A DNA stretch of 64,000 nucleotides from an uncultured Desulfobacter sp. (lineage in GTDB: Bacteria > Desulfobacterota > Desulfobacteria > Desulfobacterales > Desulfobacteraceae), in the NCBI GenBank assembly GCA_963665095.1, contig OY762069.1, positions 3,104,001 to 3,168,000 on the forward strand, in the 5' to 3' direction. How positions within the stretch are numbered: the first letter of the stretch is position 1; every line of letters starts with the position of its first letter. Below, one piece after another: positions 8,082-18,974 of this stretch. The notes below the pieces were generated by a model that had not been told where the DNA came from, did not search any database, and was given only the letters and a program-made list of their open reading frames with translations. The position numbers were made by a program, and so were the translations under genes.

Positions 8082-9704
8082 ATGTCAGATAAGCCGACAT
8101 ATGAGCAACTGGAACAGCGTGTTAAAGACCTTGAACAAAAAGAGATTAAGCACCAAGCCATTGAAAAAGAATTAAAAATCAGCAAAAAACTGTTACGGGA
8201 CGTAATGGACATTGCACCTGTTTTCATCTGTGCAAAAAATCTAAATGGGGAATTCATTCTTGCAAATAAAAGGCTCGCTGACTTCTATCAAACCACAGTT
8301 GATGAAATGATGAATGCATCTCATGCAGATCTGTGCAAAGACGAAGCAGAACTCAAAGCCATGCTGGCGGATGATCTTGAAGTGATCAACAGCGGCAGAC
8401 CCAAACATATTCCTGAAGAGACAATGGAGAACCCTGACGGGAGCATTACCGTGCTTGAAACATACAAAATACCGTTTACGGCATATGATGATCCTGCGGT
8501 GCTGATGGTTGCCTCGGATATCACCTCCCGGAAACGCGACGAAGAGGAAAGAAAAAAACTGGAGGCCCAGTTTCAACAGGGCCAGAAGCTTGAATCCATA
8601 GGGCGCCTGGCCGGAGGTGTGGCCCATGACCTGAACAACCTGTTGTCACCTGTCCTTGGATATAGTGAAATGCTGCTTCAGGATTTCAAGGGAAATGATA
8701 CCCACAAAGAGTCTGTTGAACAGATTATTGAAGCAGCCAAGCGGGCAAGAGACATTGTGCGCAGGCTGCTTGCATTCAGCCGAAAGCAGCCGCTTGAGTT
8801 TAAGCCCTTTGATCTGAACCAGGTTGTATCCAAATTTGAGAAGCTGTTAAAACGGACCATAAGAGAGGATATCTGTATCATAAACAAGCAGGGCATGCAG
8901 CTTCCCCCGGTCTGCGGAGATGTCGGCCAGCTGGAACAGGTTATACTCAACCTGGCGATAAATGCCCAGGATGCCATGGACAACACAGGCACCTTGACCA
9001 TTGAAACGGCCCTGACAGAGCTGGATCACAATACCACTTCCTGCCAGGAAAAAGTCATTCCAGGGAAATACGTCATGTTGAGCATCACAGATACAGGATC
9101 CGGCATGGATGCTGAAACAGGTAAACATCTTTTTGAGCCTTTTTTTTCAACCAAAGGGGAATATGGCACCGGCCTGGGCCTTGCAACCGTATACGGTATT
9201 ATCAAACAGCATGGCGGCAATATATCGGTGCACAGCACACCAGGCCGGGGCACCACATTTACAGTCTATCTGCCTGCTTCCAGGACGACCGACCTTCCAA
9301 TAGAAACAGACACGGCAATGCCTTCTGATCTGCATGGCACGGAAACAATCCTGATTGTGGAAGACAATCCCCAGGTCAGAGCCATTGCACATGAAATGCT
9401 TAAACATCAAGGATATACGATTCTGCTCGCAGAAAACGGCAAACAGGCACTGGATATGCTTCAAAACCATAAAGGCCGGGTTCATCTGCTTCTTACGGAT
9501 GTTATTATGCCCATGATGGATGGCAGGGCTCTTGCAAAGAAGGCCACCACGTATCACCCAAAGATAAAGGTCCTTTATATGTCAGGATACACGGATGATG
9601 TGATTACGCCACGCGGTGTGCTTGATGAAGACGTAAACTTTATCCCGAAACCCTTTACCTTTAAGGCGCTTTCACTCAAAGTGCGCAGGCTTCTGGACAG
9701 CTGA
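8082..9704 (+). CDS. PAS-HisKA-HATPase-REC hybrid sensor kinase
   Basis: LAGGVAHDLNN H-box, NLAINAQDAM, DTGSGM, FEPFFSTK, GTGLGL; receiver LLLTDVIMP. Confidence 0.95.
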   Translation: MSDKPTYEQLEQRVKDLEQKEIKHQAIEKELKISKKLLRDVMDIAPVFICAKNLNGEFILANKRLADFYQTTVDEMMNASHADLCKDEAELKAMLADDLEVINSGRPKHIPEETMENPDGSITVLETYKIPFTAYDDPAVLMVASDITSRKRDEEERKKLEAQFQQGQKLESIGRLAGGVAHDLNNLLSPVLGYSEMLLQDFKGNDTHKESVEQIIEAAKRARDIVRRLLAFSRKQPLEFKPFDLNQVVSKFEKLLKRTIREDICIINKQGMQLPPVCGDVGQLEQVILNLAINAQDAMDNTGTLTIETALTELDHNTTSCQEKVIPGKYVMLSITDTGSGMDAETGKHLFEPFFSTKGEYGTGLGLATVYGIIKQHGGNISVHSTPGRGTTFTVYLPASRTTDLPIETDTAMPSDLHGTETILIVEDNPQVRAIAHEMLKHQGYTILLAENGKQALDMLQNHKGRVHLLLTDVIMPMMDGRALAKKATTYHPKIKVLYMSGYTDDVITPRGVLDEDVNFIPKPFTFKALSLKVRRLLDS

Positions 9705-9744
9705 AATATACATTTCAACAAGCAGCTGCCAAAATCCCGGAGGG

Positions 9745-12700
9745 TTACGGAACGTCCCGTCTCCTGGACTGCCGATACTCTTCCACGCTCATGTTGCGCA
9801 GCCGTGCAGCCTGTCCGTCACGGCTGTAAACCAGGCCGACGCCGGACACATAGGGTTCAATGATGTGAATTTTCTGCAACGGGGTGACGATGAGCAGCTG
9901 CAGATTGAGCTTTTTGAACAGCTCCAGGCTGAACCGGGTGGATTCATCCGATCCCCTGCCGAATGCCTCGTCAATGGCCACAAACCTGAATGTCCTGGAA
10001 CGTACACTGTTCCACTCCAGGCCGAACTGGTAGGCCAGACTTGCCGCAAGTACGGTATAGGCAAGCTTCTCCTTCTGGCCCCCTGATTTCCCGCCGGAGT
10101 CGGCATAATGCTCATATTCGGTCTGGTCTTCGCACCAGCGCTCCGAGGCGGCAAATACGAACCAGTTGCGGACATCGGTGACCTTCCGGGTCCATCGCCG
10201 GTCCAGTTCGCTGGTGCCCTCCCGTCCCCGGAACCGCTGGATCAGGGTGCGCACCTGTAAAAATTTGCTTTCAGAGTAATGATCCGTGTCAGATCCGGTC
10301 AGTGCCCCTTCGGTACAGGCTTTCAGCTGCTGTTGGAAATCCCGGATATCCACATCCGGGTTGAGCTGGGCCTCCAGCAGGATATACCGGCCCGGGTTAT
10401 ATTCGATATCGGACAAAGAGTGGTTGATCCGGTCAATCCGCTCTTTGATGGTCTCCCGCTCCCTGGCAAGCTGGGACTGGAAATTGGCCACCTCCCGGAT
10501 GGTATTTTCGTTGAGCAGGGCCTTGAACCGGGACTCAAACCGGGGTAGGTTGTCGCTCTTGAGCTGGGCCAGCATGGTTTCATACTCAGGACCCGAGGCC
10601 ACGGCATCATCCATCTCCATGGTTTCCGACGGAAAATCCCGGCGAAATCCGTTCATGGTTTTGATGATTCTTTCTTCCAGCCGTCTGACCCGTTTATCCA
10701 GGTTATCGATCTGCCCCTGAATGATCTCCCGTAACTCCTTTTCCCGGTTGGCACAGGATTCCACCGTCAGCACATGGGAGCCAAACGCCGTATGCCGCAT
10801 GTCTTCCAGGGCTTTGAACAAAGACTGTCTCTTTTCAGGGTCCATATCCTGGGCCGTTGCCATATCTGATTCACAATTTTTTTTGCCGGCATGGGCCTGG
10901 TCCTGTTTTTCCCGGTTTCGGGAGAGCTCGTCCCTGGTCTCCCTCAGTTCTTTTTCTGTCTCTTTGATCCTTGTTTCCAGATCTTCCAGCTGGCGGTTCA
11001 GGGTGGAAAGGATATTGGAGGCAACCTCAAGCTCTTTTTTCTCCTGTTCCAGCCGGGAAATAGTCACGGCCACCGACTGCCAGTCCAGATCGGAAAAGGA
11101 TCTGTATTCCCCAAGCTTGTCCAAATTGGACAACTGCTCTCGTGCGTTGTTCTGAAAGGTATCAAGGGATGCAATTTTATCGGCAGCCGCCTGCATCTGT
11201 TTTTCCAGGGAGCGGGCCTGCTGTTTCAATGCCCGGATCTTGGCCTCGTTGGTCCAGCCCAGAATGTACTGGGAGCGGTCATTGATACGTTTTCGGTCAT
11301 CCTTTTCATGGCGGATGCCGCCTGTCTTGATCTGGCCGGCCCGGGTAACCGCCATGGGCTCTTTGCGGAACCGGATCATTTCGTCACAGCAGATATAGTT
11401 AAACCGCCGGGCAAGCTCACGCTCCACCCACAGATAGAAATCAGATTTACTTTGCAGTTCCAGCTTGTTTACCAGGGATTCGGGCACAAGCTGCATCTCC
11501 ATATCCCTGAGATCCGTCCTGACCAGGTAATAGACCAGCCGGCCGTTGAGTGCTGTGGCATCCACCCATGCCGCCACATCAGCATAATGGTCCTCTTTTA
11601 CCAGCAAAGAGAGCCCGAAATTGTGCAGCAACCGTTCCACAGCCCCTTCCCAGTCGCTTTGATCATCCCGGACCCGGATCAGCTCTCCGGCAAAGGGCAG
11701 CTCTTTTTCATCCACCCCCAGATGAGTACAAAGGCGGTTGCGGATCTCAATCTGCCGCACATGGATATTGCTCTTTCTGCCGGACAGCGACTCAAGCTCT
11801 TTTTCAAGGGCCTGATGGGCAGATGTCAGATCTCTGAATTCAACTTCTGTATCTGTACGCTCGTTTCTTAAATCCGCCTCTTTTTGTGCAAGCTTTTCCC
11901 GGCATGCTTTGATCTTCCGGGCATTGTCGTGGAAATCATCCCGGGTCTCAACCCGTGCCAGATCCAGATCCCGGGCCAGCCCGCCATATCGCAGGGCTTT
12001 ATCTTTTCTGTTTTTCTTCTCCAGGGCCAGGCGGTCCAGGTCCGCCCTGATCCGTTCCAGCCGGTCGCCCCCGTTTTCAGCAATGGCCTGTTTCAGCCCG
12101 TCCCGGTCGCCTAAAAGCGCCCGGTGGTCCAGGTCCTGTGCCTGGCTCTTATTTTCCAGACGCGCCTGCTCATCTGCCAGGTTTTTCAGCCGTTTCTGGA
12201 ACAGTCCCCATTTATGGGTGGCAAAAAACGGAACCAGGGCGTTGCGGCAGTCGCGCAGAAGCCCCTGCTCCGCCACCACCGCCTGGTGGGTCCGGCAGTC
12301 TTTGACCAGGGGGGTCAGCCGTTCAATCTGGTGCCTGGCCTTTAATACGGCTTCATGGGCCCGGTTCAGATCGTCAAAATGGTGAATCAGGGCATCAATG
12401 CGGGGGTCTGTGTCAAAGGGTTCGAGCATATGCTGCCGCACAAAATCGTTGAGGTTGCCCACGGATTTCATGGAGACGGTCTGGTGAAACAGGGTCAGGG
12501 CCACCTCCTGGGCATATCCCTGGTTTTTAAAGACACCCAGGATCACGGAGAAACTGTTGTGATCCCGCAAGGCCACTGATTTTGACGCATGGCCCATATC
12601 GCTGCGCTCGGACTTGTAATACCCCTGGACGTAGGAGCGCAGGCTGCGCTCTTTGGTGTCTGCGCCGGCCGCCTTGTTGTAGATGATCCGCTGGGCCGGG

Positions 12701-12912
12701 ACCAGCAGCGTGGTCACCGCATCCACCAGGGTGGATTTTCCAGAGCCGATATCCCCTGTGAGCAGGCCATTTCTGCCGTTAAGATCCAGGCGCCACACCT
12801 CTTTATGAAAGGTGCCCCAGTTGAAAACCTCCAGGGTGTCAAGGCGGAAACCGGCCAGGGCATCGTCCCGGACAAACTCCAGCATTCCCTGTTCCATATT
12901 GTCCGGTTTCAT
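9745..12912 (-). CDS. jetC: Wadjet/Mks SMC-like ATPase JetC (MksB), with apparent in-frame N-terminal deletion
   Basis: FNWGTF, Walker [10 protein letters not shown], long coiled coils, signature KSGGQ, Walker B VAIDEAF; lies downstream of jetAB. Confidence 0.9.
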   Translation of the reverse strand: MKPDNMEQGMLEFVRDDALAGFRLDTLEVFNWGTFHKEVWRLDLNGRNGLLTGDIGSGKSTLVDAVTTLLVPAQRIIYNKAAGADTKERSLRSYVQGYYKSERSDMGHASKSVALRDHNSFSVILGVFKNQGYAQEVALTLFHQTVSMKSVGNLNDFVRQHMLEPFDTDPRIDALIHHFDDLNRAHEAVLKARHQIERLTPLVKDCRTHQAVVAEQGLLRDCRNALVPFFATHKWGLFQKRLKNLADEQARLENKSQAQDLDHRALLGDRDGLKQAIAENGGDRLERIRADLDRLALEKKNRKDKALRYGGLARDLDLARVETRDDFHDNARKIKACREKLAQKEADLRNERTDTEVEFRDLTSAHQALEKELESLSGRKSNIHVRQIEIRNRLCTHLGVDEKELPFAGELIRVRDDQSDWEGAVERLLHNFGLSLLVKEDHYADVAAWVDATALNGRLVYYLVRTDLRDMEMQLVPESLVNKLELQSKSDFYLWVERELARRFNYICCDEMIRFRKEPMAVTRAGQIKTGGIRHEKDDRKRINDRSQYILGWTNEAKIRALKQQARSLEKQMQAAADKIASLDTFQNNAREQLSNLDKLGEYRSFSDLDWQSVAVTISRLEQEKKELEVASNILSTLNRQLEDLETRIKETEKELRETRDELSRNREKQDQAHAGKKNCESDMATAQDMDPEKRQSLFKALEDMRHTAFGSHVLTVESCANREKELREIIQGQIDNLDKRVRRLEERIIKTMNGFRRDFPSETMEMDDAVASGPEYETMLAQLKSDNLPRFESRFKALLNENTIREVANFQSQLARERETIKERIDRINHSLSDIEYNPGRYILLEAQLNPDVDIRDFQQQLKACTEGALTGSDTDHYSESKFLQVRTLIQRFRGREGTSELDRRWTRKVTDVRNWFVFAASERWCEDQTEYEHYADSGGKSGGQKEKLAYTVLAASLAYQFGLEWNSVRSRTFRFVAIDEAFGRGSDESTRFSLELFKKLNLQLLIVTPLQKIHIIEPYVSGVGLVYSRDGQAARLRNMSVEEYRQSRRRDVP

Positions 12913-13524
12913 TTATCCCCCATTGTCTTCTTCGCGTTCCTCTTCATTACCTGTCTGGTATTCCTTCAACCGCTCATCAAACTCATGGAGCCACTGGGCA
13001 TCCACAAAGGCCTTGATGATCCGGATCACCTCGATCTTGTCCTTGTGTCCCTTGAGGCGACGGATAAACCCGAGTTCGGCTATTTTGTTCAAATGGCTTT
13101 CAATGCGGTCCAGAAACTTTGCCTCATTACTGCCCGAAGTAAAAAAAATCCGGCCCATGTCCGCGATCTCTTCCACGGAGAGGATCAGCCGGGGGTCCTG
13201 GCCTGCGGCATCGTTTTCAGCCAGTTTCTTGCGCAGCAGCGCAATGATCAGACTCACGGGATAGGAGAGCTTTCTACGCCCCACAAGCCTTGGCAACGGC
13301 TCTTCACCTTCGACCGGCTCCAGGGTTTTCAGCCAGGCATACCCCTCGGATTCGTCCAGTACCAGTTCCAGGCCCAGCACCCGCACGTACTCGCGCACAG
13401 CCATCTGCCCCTCTTCAAGATCCTGCCACAGGGCCGGGTCTGTTTCCCGGAACACCACCCCCTTTATCAGGGCAATGAGCGGTCTGCTGATATTTACAGG
13501 ATACGCGTTGCTTTCTTCCATCAT
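12913..13524 (-). CDS. jetB: Wadjet JetB (DUF4194, MksE-like)
   Basis: LIKGVVFRE, LGLELVLDESEGYAWL, LPRLV.RRKLSYPVSL..LLRKKL; operon position. Confidence 0.88.
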   Translation of the reverse strand: MMEESNAYPVNISRPLIALIKGVVFRETDPALWQDLEEGQMAVREYVRVLGLELVLDESEGYAWLKTLEPVEGEEPLPRLVGRRKLSYPVSLIIALLRKKLAENDAAGQDPRLILSVEEIADMGRIFFTSGSNEAKFLDRIESHLNKIAELGFIRRLKGHKDKIEVIRIIKAFVDAQWLHEFDERLKEYQTGNEEEREEDNGG

Positions 13525-13527
13525 TTC

Positions 13528-14970
13528 CTACCGGTTAAAAATCACTTTACTGAACTGCGCCCGCCGGCAGACGCCTGAACTGTCGGTCCAGACGGCCTGC
13601 TGGGTCTCTTTGTCATCAAAAACCGCTTTTTCATCCTCCCCGGCAATGCTCAGGTAGGCCACAAGCTCGGCCAACCCCTCTTCCAGGGGATGGTCCTCAA
13701 GGATATCGCTTAAGCTGATCTGGTCCTTTGCCTGGAGAAAGGCCCTGATCCGTCGTTTCAATTTGAGCCGGTCCACAAACACCCCTGAATAGAGGATATC
13801 CGAAGGGATATCTGATCCGTCCCCCAGCGCGACCGTTTCCCGGATCACGGGCTTAACGGGAAAGGTGTACATGGGCCGTTCCATGGGGAGCAGAACCGTG
13901 GGACAGGACGCATCAATGGTCATGAAATCATTGCCCGGCGGGTCATCCTTTATCTGGACACTTCGGGTCTCAATGGACTGGATCACCTGCATGATCCGCT
14001 TGTTTTCCAGGAATGCCTGGTCATCCAGGTACCGCCGGAGCTGTCCGGAGAGTTTGGCCACGGTGCGCTGGGTATGTTCCCCGGCGGAAAGCCAGTCGTA
14101 ATGGATCCGTTTCAGGCGCGGGTCCGGGGAGAGGGCCTTTACAGCATCGAGCTTAAACACGGCGGCAAGCAGGTCCGTGAGCTCCTCCTGCCGGGCCGGG
14201 GACATGAGAAGATCCCAGAAGGAGGTAAAACTTTTACCCTGGTCTGATTCAGCAATCATGTCCCGCTCCCCGAAAAAATCCGCCAGCAGCTCCCCTTTGC
14301 TGCCTTCCCACAGGGTGATGCGCTCCCGGATTTTCCGGTCCAGGTCCCGGAAGTTGTACTCCACCTCCCTGAAATCACTGAGCAGTTCCCGGGCGGTTTT
14401 ATTGACCTGGAGAAACCGGTCTTTCAGCGCCGTATCATCCAGCATATCCCAGTGTCCCTGCCGGGCCAGCTCAAGCTTTTCCTCAATCTGCGCCTTTTGC
14501 TTTTCAAGGCTCTTGATTCTTTCGGCCCCATCCGCCTGGGTGCCCCGGACCATCTGCGCCAGCAGTTCAAAAATGGTCATGAGCCGGGATTCCGTCCCGA
14601 CAAAGGCCCGGGAAACCAGACTCTCAAGCCAGGTCACGGCCTTTTCCACCCAGGGCATCAGGTCATAATGGACCTCATCCGAATCCTGGGGATAAAATTT
14701 CCTGAGCCATCCTTTATCATCTGCGGCCCAGTCATCCAGGTAGGCTTCGGCTGCCTTGGGAAACGCATCCTCGCCCTGGGTTTCCCTTAAAACAAACAGA
14801 TAGTCCTCCAGGGCTGAAGCCAGATCCGCCCGGCTCATGCTCCGGTGGTTTGGCAGGATAAAGGCCCTGTGAAGGAAAGAGACAATCAGCGGGGCATGGT
14901 CCGCTGCCAGCAGCCGCCAAGCCGGATGGTTCTTCCTTAACGATTTGAGGGTGTGATAATCAAACGCCAT
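13528..14970 (-). CDS. jetA: Wadjet JetA (DUF3375, MksF-like)
   Basis: HPAWRLL.ADHAPL, FVGTESRL, SDQGKSF.SFW and GLAELVAYL. Confidence 0.9.
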   Translation of the reverse strand: MAFDYHTLKSLRKNHPAWRLLAADHAPLIVSFLHRAFILPNHRSMSRADLASALEDYLFVLRETQGEDAFPKAAEAYLDDWAADDKGWLRKFYPQDSDEVHYDLMPWVEKAVTWLESLVSRAFVGTESRLMTIFELLAQMVRGTQADGAERIKSLEKQKAQIEEKLELARQGHWDMLDDTALKDRFLQVNKTARELLSDFREVEYNFRDLDRKIRERITLWEGSKGELLADFFGERDMIAESDQGKSFTSFWDLLMSPARQEELTDLLAAVFKLDAVKALSPDPRLKRIHYDWLSAGEHTQRTVAKLSGQLRRYLDDQAFLENKRIMQVIQSIETRSVQIKDDPPGNDFMTIDASCPTVLLPMERPMYTFPVKPVIRETVALGDGSDIPSDILYSGVFVDRLKLKRRIRAFLQAKDQISLSDILEDHPLEEGLAELVAYLSIAGEDEKAVFDDKETQQAVWTDSSGVCRRAQFSKVIFNR

Positions 14971-15133
14971 AAGTGTTATCTCTAACTGATCCTTTTTCCT
15001 ACCAGGCTCTTACCTATTTTACCGTTCAATTAAAAGCGGTTTTATCCTCTCATAATTCTTTCAGCATGAATTTGCCCTGTGCCGAATGTACTCTTGACTT
15101 TTGTTTTTTTTATTTGACCTTTATAATGCATGG

Positions 15134-15976
15134 ATGACGGATACACCGGCACATAAACCAGCACCTCTGGTATTCACTGATCTTGACGGAACCCTTCTGG
15201 ACCATGACACTTACGGATTTGAACCGGCGCTACCCGCGTTGCACAGGCTCCAGACAAAAAAAATTCCGGTGATCATTAATTCAAGCAAGACCCTGATCGA
15301 GATTGTTCAACTTCGCCGCGCCCTTAATAATGATCACCCGTTTATCGCGGAAAATGGTTCTGTGGTGGCTGTACCAGCAAACTATTTTCCTGACATAGAT
15401 CTTGTGGCGCAAGGTTTTCAACTTGTATCAGGCGTCCTTGTCAAGCGGCTTGGGGGCGACCGGGAAACCGTGCTTGAAATATTGAGCCGGTTAAGAAATA
15501 CTATATTTTCATTTGAAGGGTTTGCAGATATGTCTCCGGCCCGGCTTTCAAAAGTAACCGGACTGAATGAAAAACAGGCCATGCTTGCCGGACAGCGGCT
15601 GAGTACGGAACCCATACTCTGGCATGATACTGCAGAAAAGTGGAATGACTTCTGCGCACTGCTTGCCGAAAACGGGCTGGGGTGGGTGCAGGGAGGACGG
15701 TTCATCTCCATATCCCGACCCTTTGACAAAAAAGACGGGGTGGCATTCCTGCTCAATCTTTATTCGGCCAGTTCGAACATAAAAAGAGTATGCATCGGCT
15801 TAGGGGACAGCCCCAACGACCAGGCCATGCTGGACATGATGGATATTGCCGTGGTGATCTGTTCGGCCCGGTCCAGCAAGGTGGAGCCCAAAGGTGCGGG
15901 CACTGTTATCCGCACCACCCGGAAAGGCCCCCGGGGCTGGCAGGAGGCCATGGATACTATTTTTTCAACCCTTTAG
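15134..15976 (+). CDS. gpgP: Glucosyl/mannosyl-3-phosphoglycerate phosphatase (HAD IIB)
   Basis: FTDLDGTLLD, NSSKT, ENG, GGRF and GLGDSPND; adjacent to gpgS; start taken at ATG 15134. Confidence 0.85.
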   Translation: MTDTPAHKPAPLVFTDLDGTLLDHDTYGFEPALPALHRLQTKKIPVIINSSKTLIEIVQLRRALNNDHPFIAENGSVVAVPANYFPDIDLVAQGFQLVSGVLVKRLGGDRETVLEILSRLRNTIFSFEGFADMSPARLSKVTGLNEKQAMLAGQRLSTEPILWHDTAEKWNDFCALLAENGLGWVQGGRFISISRPFDKKDGVAFLLNLYSASSNIKRVCIGLGDSPNDQAMLDMMDIAVVICSARSSKVEPKGAGTVIRTTRKGPRGWQEAMDTIFSTL

Positions 15977-16000
15977 ACAGTTTTAAAGGAGGACATGATC

Positions 16001-17224
16001 ATGGGAGATTTTCACCAGAACGGCATTATCACCATATTGCACAACCTGTCCCGGCAGCCCGCAGAAGACCTGGAAGACCAGCTGGAATGGTTTTCAAAAA
16101 CACGGCCCCTGGGTCTGGTGCTGCCCTCTCTATACTCTGAACTTGAAGGCCCGGCTTTAGAGCATATCGTGGCGGAGCTGTCAAAGGTTTCCTATCTCAA
16201 CCAGATTGTTATCGGCCTGGACCGGGCCAACGAAGACCAGTACACCCGGGCGATTGATTTTTTTTCCCGGCTGCCCCAGCACCACCGCATTCTCTGGAAT
16301 GACGGCCCGCGCCTGAGAGCCATTGATAAGAAACTGGCCGATCTGAATCTTGCCCCCACCGAACCCGGCAAGGGCCGAAACGTCTGGTACTGCTTCGGTT
16401 ATGTTCTGGCATCAGGCATGGCGGATGCCGTGGCATTGCACGACTGCGACATTCTGACCTATGAACGCTCCCTGCTGGCCAGGCTGATCTACCCCGTTGC
16501 CCACCCTGATTTTTCCTACAAATTCTGCAAGGGATATTATGCAAGGTTTACGGAATCCAAGGTTAACGGAAGGGTGAGCCGCCTGCTGGTCTCCCCGCTG
16601 CTCTCCGCCTTGAAAAAAATTTACCCCGGCAATGAATCCCTGGATTACCTGGAAAGCTTCAGGTATCCGCTGGCCGGGGAGTTCTCCATGCGGACCAGCG
16701 TGCTGGAGGACTTGAGAATGCCCACGGACTGGGGTCTTGAGGTGGGCATCTTGTATGAAATGAAACGCAACTACAGCCTGGGTCGCATCTGCCAGGTGGA
16801 TATAGCCGACACCTATGACCACAAACACCAGCCCATGAGCTTTGATGATGCCGATGCAGGGCTTTCCAAGATGAGTATTGATATATCCAAGGCTATCTTT
16901 AAAAAACTGGCCACGGAGGGCGAAATTTTCACGGCGGAAAAATTCCGCACCATCAAGGCCACCTACTACCGGCAGGCCCTTGACTTTGTTGAAATCTACC
17001 GCAATGATGCCCTGATGAACGGACTGATCCTGGACCGCCACAAGGAGGAAAAGGCAGTGGAACTGTTTGCGGAAAATATACTGGAAGCAGGCCGGATTTA
17101 TCTTGAAGAGCCCCATTCGGTGCCGTTTATTCCGGCATGGAAGCGGGTAAAAAGTGCCCTTGGTGACATTATGGATGAGCTGAAAGACGCTGTTGAAAAA
17201 GATTATGAACAATACCGGCCCTAA
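16001..17224 (+). CDS. gpgS: Glucosyl-3-phosphoglycerate synthase (glycosyltransferase)
   Basis: MGDFHQNG, GKGRNVW, LHDCDI, FRYPLAGEF, DWGLEVG and YDHKHQ; AAGGAGG RBS fits ATG 16001. Confidence 0.85.
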   Translation: MGDFHQNGIITILHNLSRQPAEDLEDQLEWFSKTRPLGLVLPSLYSELEGPALEHIVAELSKVSYLNQIVIGLDRANEDQYTRAIDFFSRLPQHHRILWNDGPRLRAIDKKLADLNLAPTEPGKGRNVWYCFGYVLASGMADAVALHDCDILTYERSLLARLIYPVAHPDFSYKFCKGYYARFTESKVNGRVSRLLVSPLLSALKKIYPGNESLDYLESFRYPLAGEFSMRTSVLEDLRMPTDWGLEVGILYEMKRNYSLGRICQVDIADTYDHKHQPMSFDDADAGLSKMSIDISKAIFKKLATEGEIFTAEKFRTIKATYYRQALDFVEIYRNDALMNGLILDRHKEEKAVELFAENILEAGRIYLEEPHSVPFIPAWKRVKSALGDIMDELKDAVEKDYEQYRP

Positions 17225-18974
17225 GGCTCCCGCCTGCCTGTTTGACGAGGTCCGTGCCTATCTTGAGTGCATTTACCCAGACAAAAAGATTAACGATCTG
17301 GCCCGACAGGCCATTGCTGTTTTTGAACCCATCCATGATTCCCTGGACGATGCCTGTGTCTCGGGCGTGCCGCTCTGGTCGGAAAAAGACATTGCCCTGA
17401 TCACCTACGGAAATTCCCTTGTAGAGGAAGGGACCCGCCCCCTGCGGACCCTGGACCGCTTCTTAAGGGACTATACCCATGACCGGTTCTCCATTGTCCA
17501 CATCCTGCCTTTTTTCCCCTATTCGTCAGATGACGGGTTTGCAGTCATGGACTATTACACGGTGAATCAAAGTCTTGGGGACTGGGATGACATCAGCAGA
17601 ATCGCAGGCCGCTGCAGGCTCATGGCCGATCTGGTGATCAATCACACTTCGTCCCGGGCCCGTTGGTTTGAAAACTTTAAAAAAGGGGTTCACCCTGGAA
17701 AAGACTATTACGTCACCGTTGACCCGGAAAGTGATCTGTCCAAAGTGATCCGCCCCCGAACCAGCCCGCTGCTGCGGGAGGTGGTCACCCCGGACGGCCC
17801 CCGGCATGTCTGGTGTACCTTCAGCCACGACCAGGTGGATCTGGATTTTAAAAACCCGGATGTCCTCATGGAATTTTTATCCATTATCCGCCACTACCTG
17901 GATAACGGGGTTCAGGTCTTCCGCCTGGATGCCGTGGCCTTTCTATGGAAAGACATCTGCACCACCTGCCTGCACCTGGTCCAGACCCATAAAATCGTTA
18001 AACTCATGCGCACCCTGATCCAGGCCCACAATCCCCGGGCCATGATCATCACGGAAACCAATGTACCGGCCAGGGAAAACCTCTCCTATTTCGGCATCGG
18101 GGATGAAGCCCAGGTGATTTATAATTTTCCGTTGCCACCCTTTCTGCTCAATACCATGGCCACGGGCAACAGCAAAGGGATCACCGACTGGCTGAAAAGC
18201 AATCCCGATATCATGATCAGCACCACCTGCCTGAACTTCATCGCCTCCCATGACGGCATTGGGCTTCGGCCGGTGGAGGACTATTTTTCCCAGCAGGAGA
18301 TGAAACGCCTTATTGAGCTGATGAAAGCCTTTGGCGGCAGAATCTCCACCCGGGCCCTCAACGACCAGAAAGACAACCCCTACGAGATCAACATCAGCCT
18401 TTGGGATGCCATGAAAGGGACCATGAACGGCGGCCAAAACCAGTTCGAGCCAGACCCGTTCCAGGCAGACCGGTTTATCTGTGCCCACGCTATCATGCTG
18501 GCCCTCAAGGGCATCCCGGCCATATATATCCACAGCCTTCTGGCCACGGAAAATGATTATGACCGCAGGGATAATCTGAGATCCAACCGGGCCGTTAACC
18601 GCCATATCTGGGACTACCCTGAACTTTGCAACAAGCTGGCTGATCCCCACGACCACCATCATCAGGTATTTTCACGTCTGTGCATACTCATGGATATCCG
18701 GAAAAAACAGAAAGCCTTCCACCCGGATGCCGGACAGACCGCCTTTAATATCAACCGAAAGGTTGTGGCGTTCCAGCGCCGGCCTGTTGACGACACCCCG
18801 GCCCCTGCCCTGTTGTGCATTCATAACATCTGTAATCAGACCATCACCATCCCCTCAAAGGATCTGCCGGAAAAATGGCGAAAGGATGGAATGGACCTGA
18901 TTTCAGGGGAGGTGTTGCCGCTTGATAATGCGCTGGATCTTGCCCCGTATCAGTCTGTGTGGATCACCGGGTGA
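17205..18974 (+). CDS. GH13_18 sucrose-phosphorylase family protein, probably glucosylglycerate phosphorylase
   Basis: HILPFFPYSSDDGF, DLVINH, WCTFS.DQ.DL, RLDAV, TETN and ASHDGIG; sits in the gpgP-gpgS cluster. Confidence 0.8.
   Translation: MNNTGPKAPACLFDEVRAYLECIYPDKKINDLARQAIAVFEPIHDSLDDACVSGVPLWSEKDIALITYGNSLVEEGTRPLRTLDRFLRDYTHDRFSIVHILPFFPYSSDDGFAVMDYYTVNQSLGDWDDISRIAGRCRLMADLVINHTSSRARWFENFKKGVHPGKDYYVTVDPESDLSKVIRPRTSPLLREVVTPDGPRHVWCTFSHDQVDLDFKNPDVLMEFLSIIRHYLDNGVQVFRLDAVAFLWKDICTTCLHLVQTHKIVKLMRTLIQAHNPRAMIITETNVPARENLSYFGIGDEAQVIYNFPLPPFLLNTMATGNSKGITDWLKSNPDIMISTTCLNFIASHDGIGLRPVEDYFSQQEMKRLIELMKAFGGRISTRALNDQKDNPYEINISLWDAMKGTMNGGQNQFEPDPFQADRFICAHAIMLALKGIPAIYIHSLLATENDYDRRDNLRSNRAVNRHIWDYPELCNKLADPHDHHHQVFSRLCILMDIRKKQKAFHPDAGQTAFNINRKVVAFQRRPVDDTPAPALLCIHNICNQTITIPSKDLPEKWRKDGMDLISGEVLPLDNALDLAPYQSVWITG

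Noticed and set aside
10891..13578. Long plus-strand ORFs (326 aa and 329 aa) opposite jetC/jetB
   Set aside because: Antisense shadows of GC-rich coding sequence with no motifs; neither resembles JetD
16412..18662. Minus-strand ORFs of 266 aa and 239 aa
   Set aside because: Shadows of gpgS and the GH13 gene
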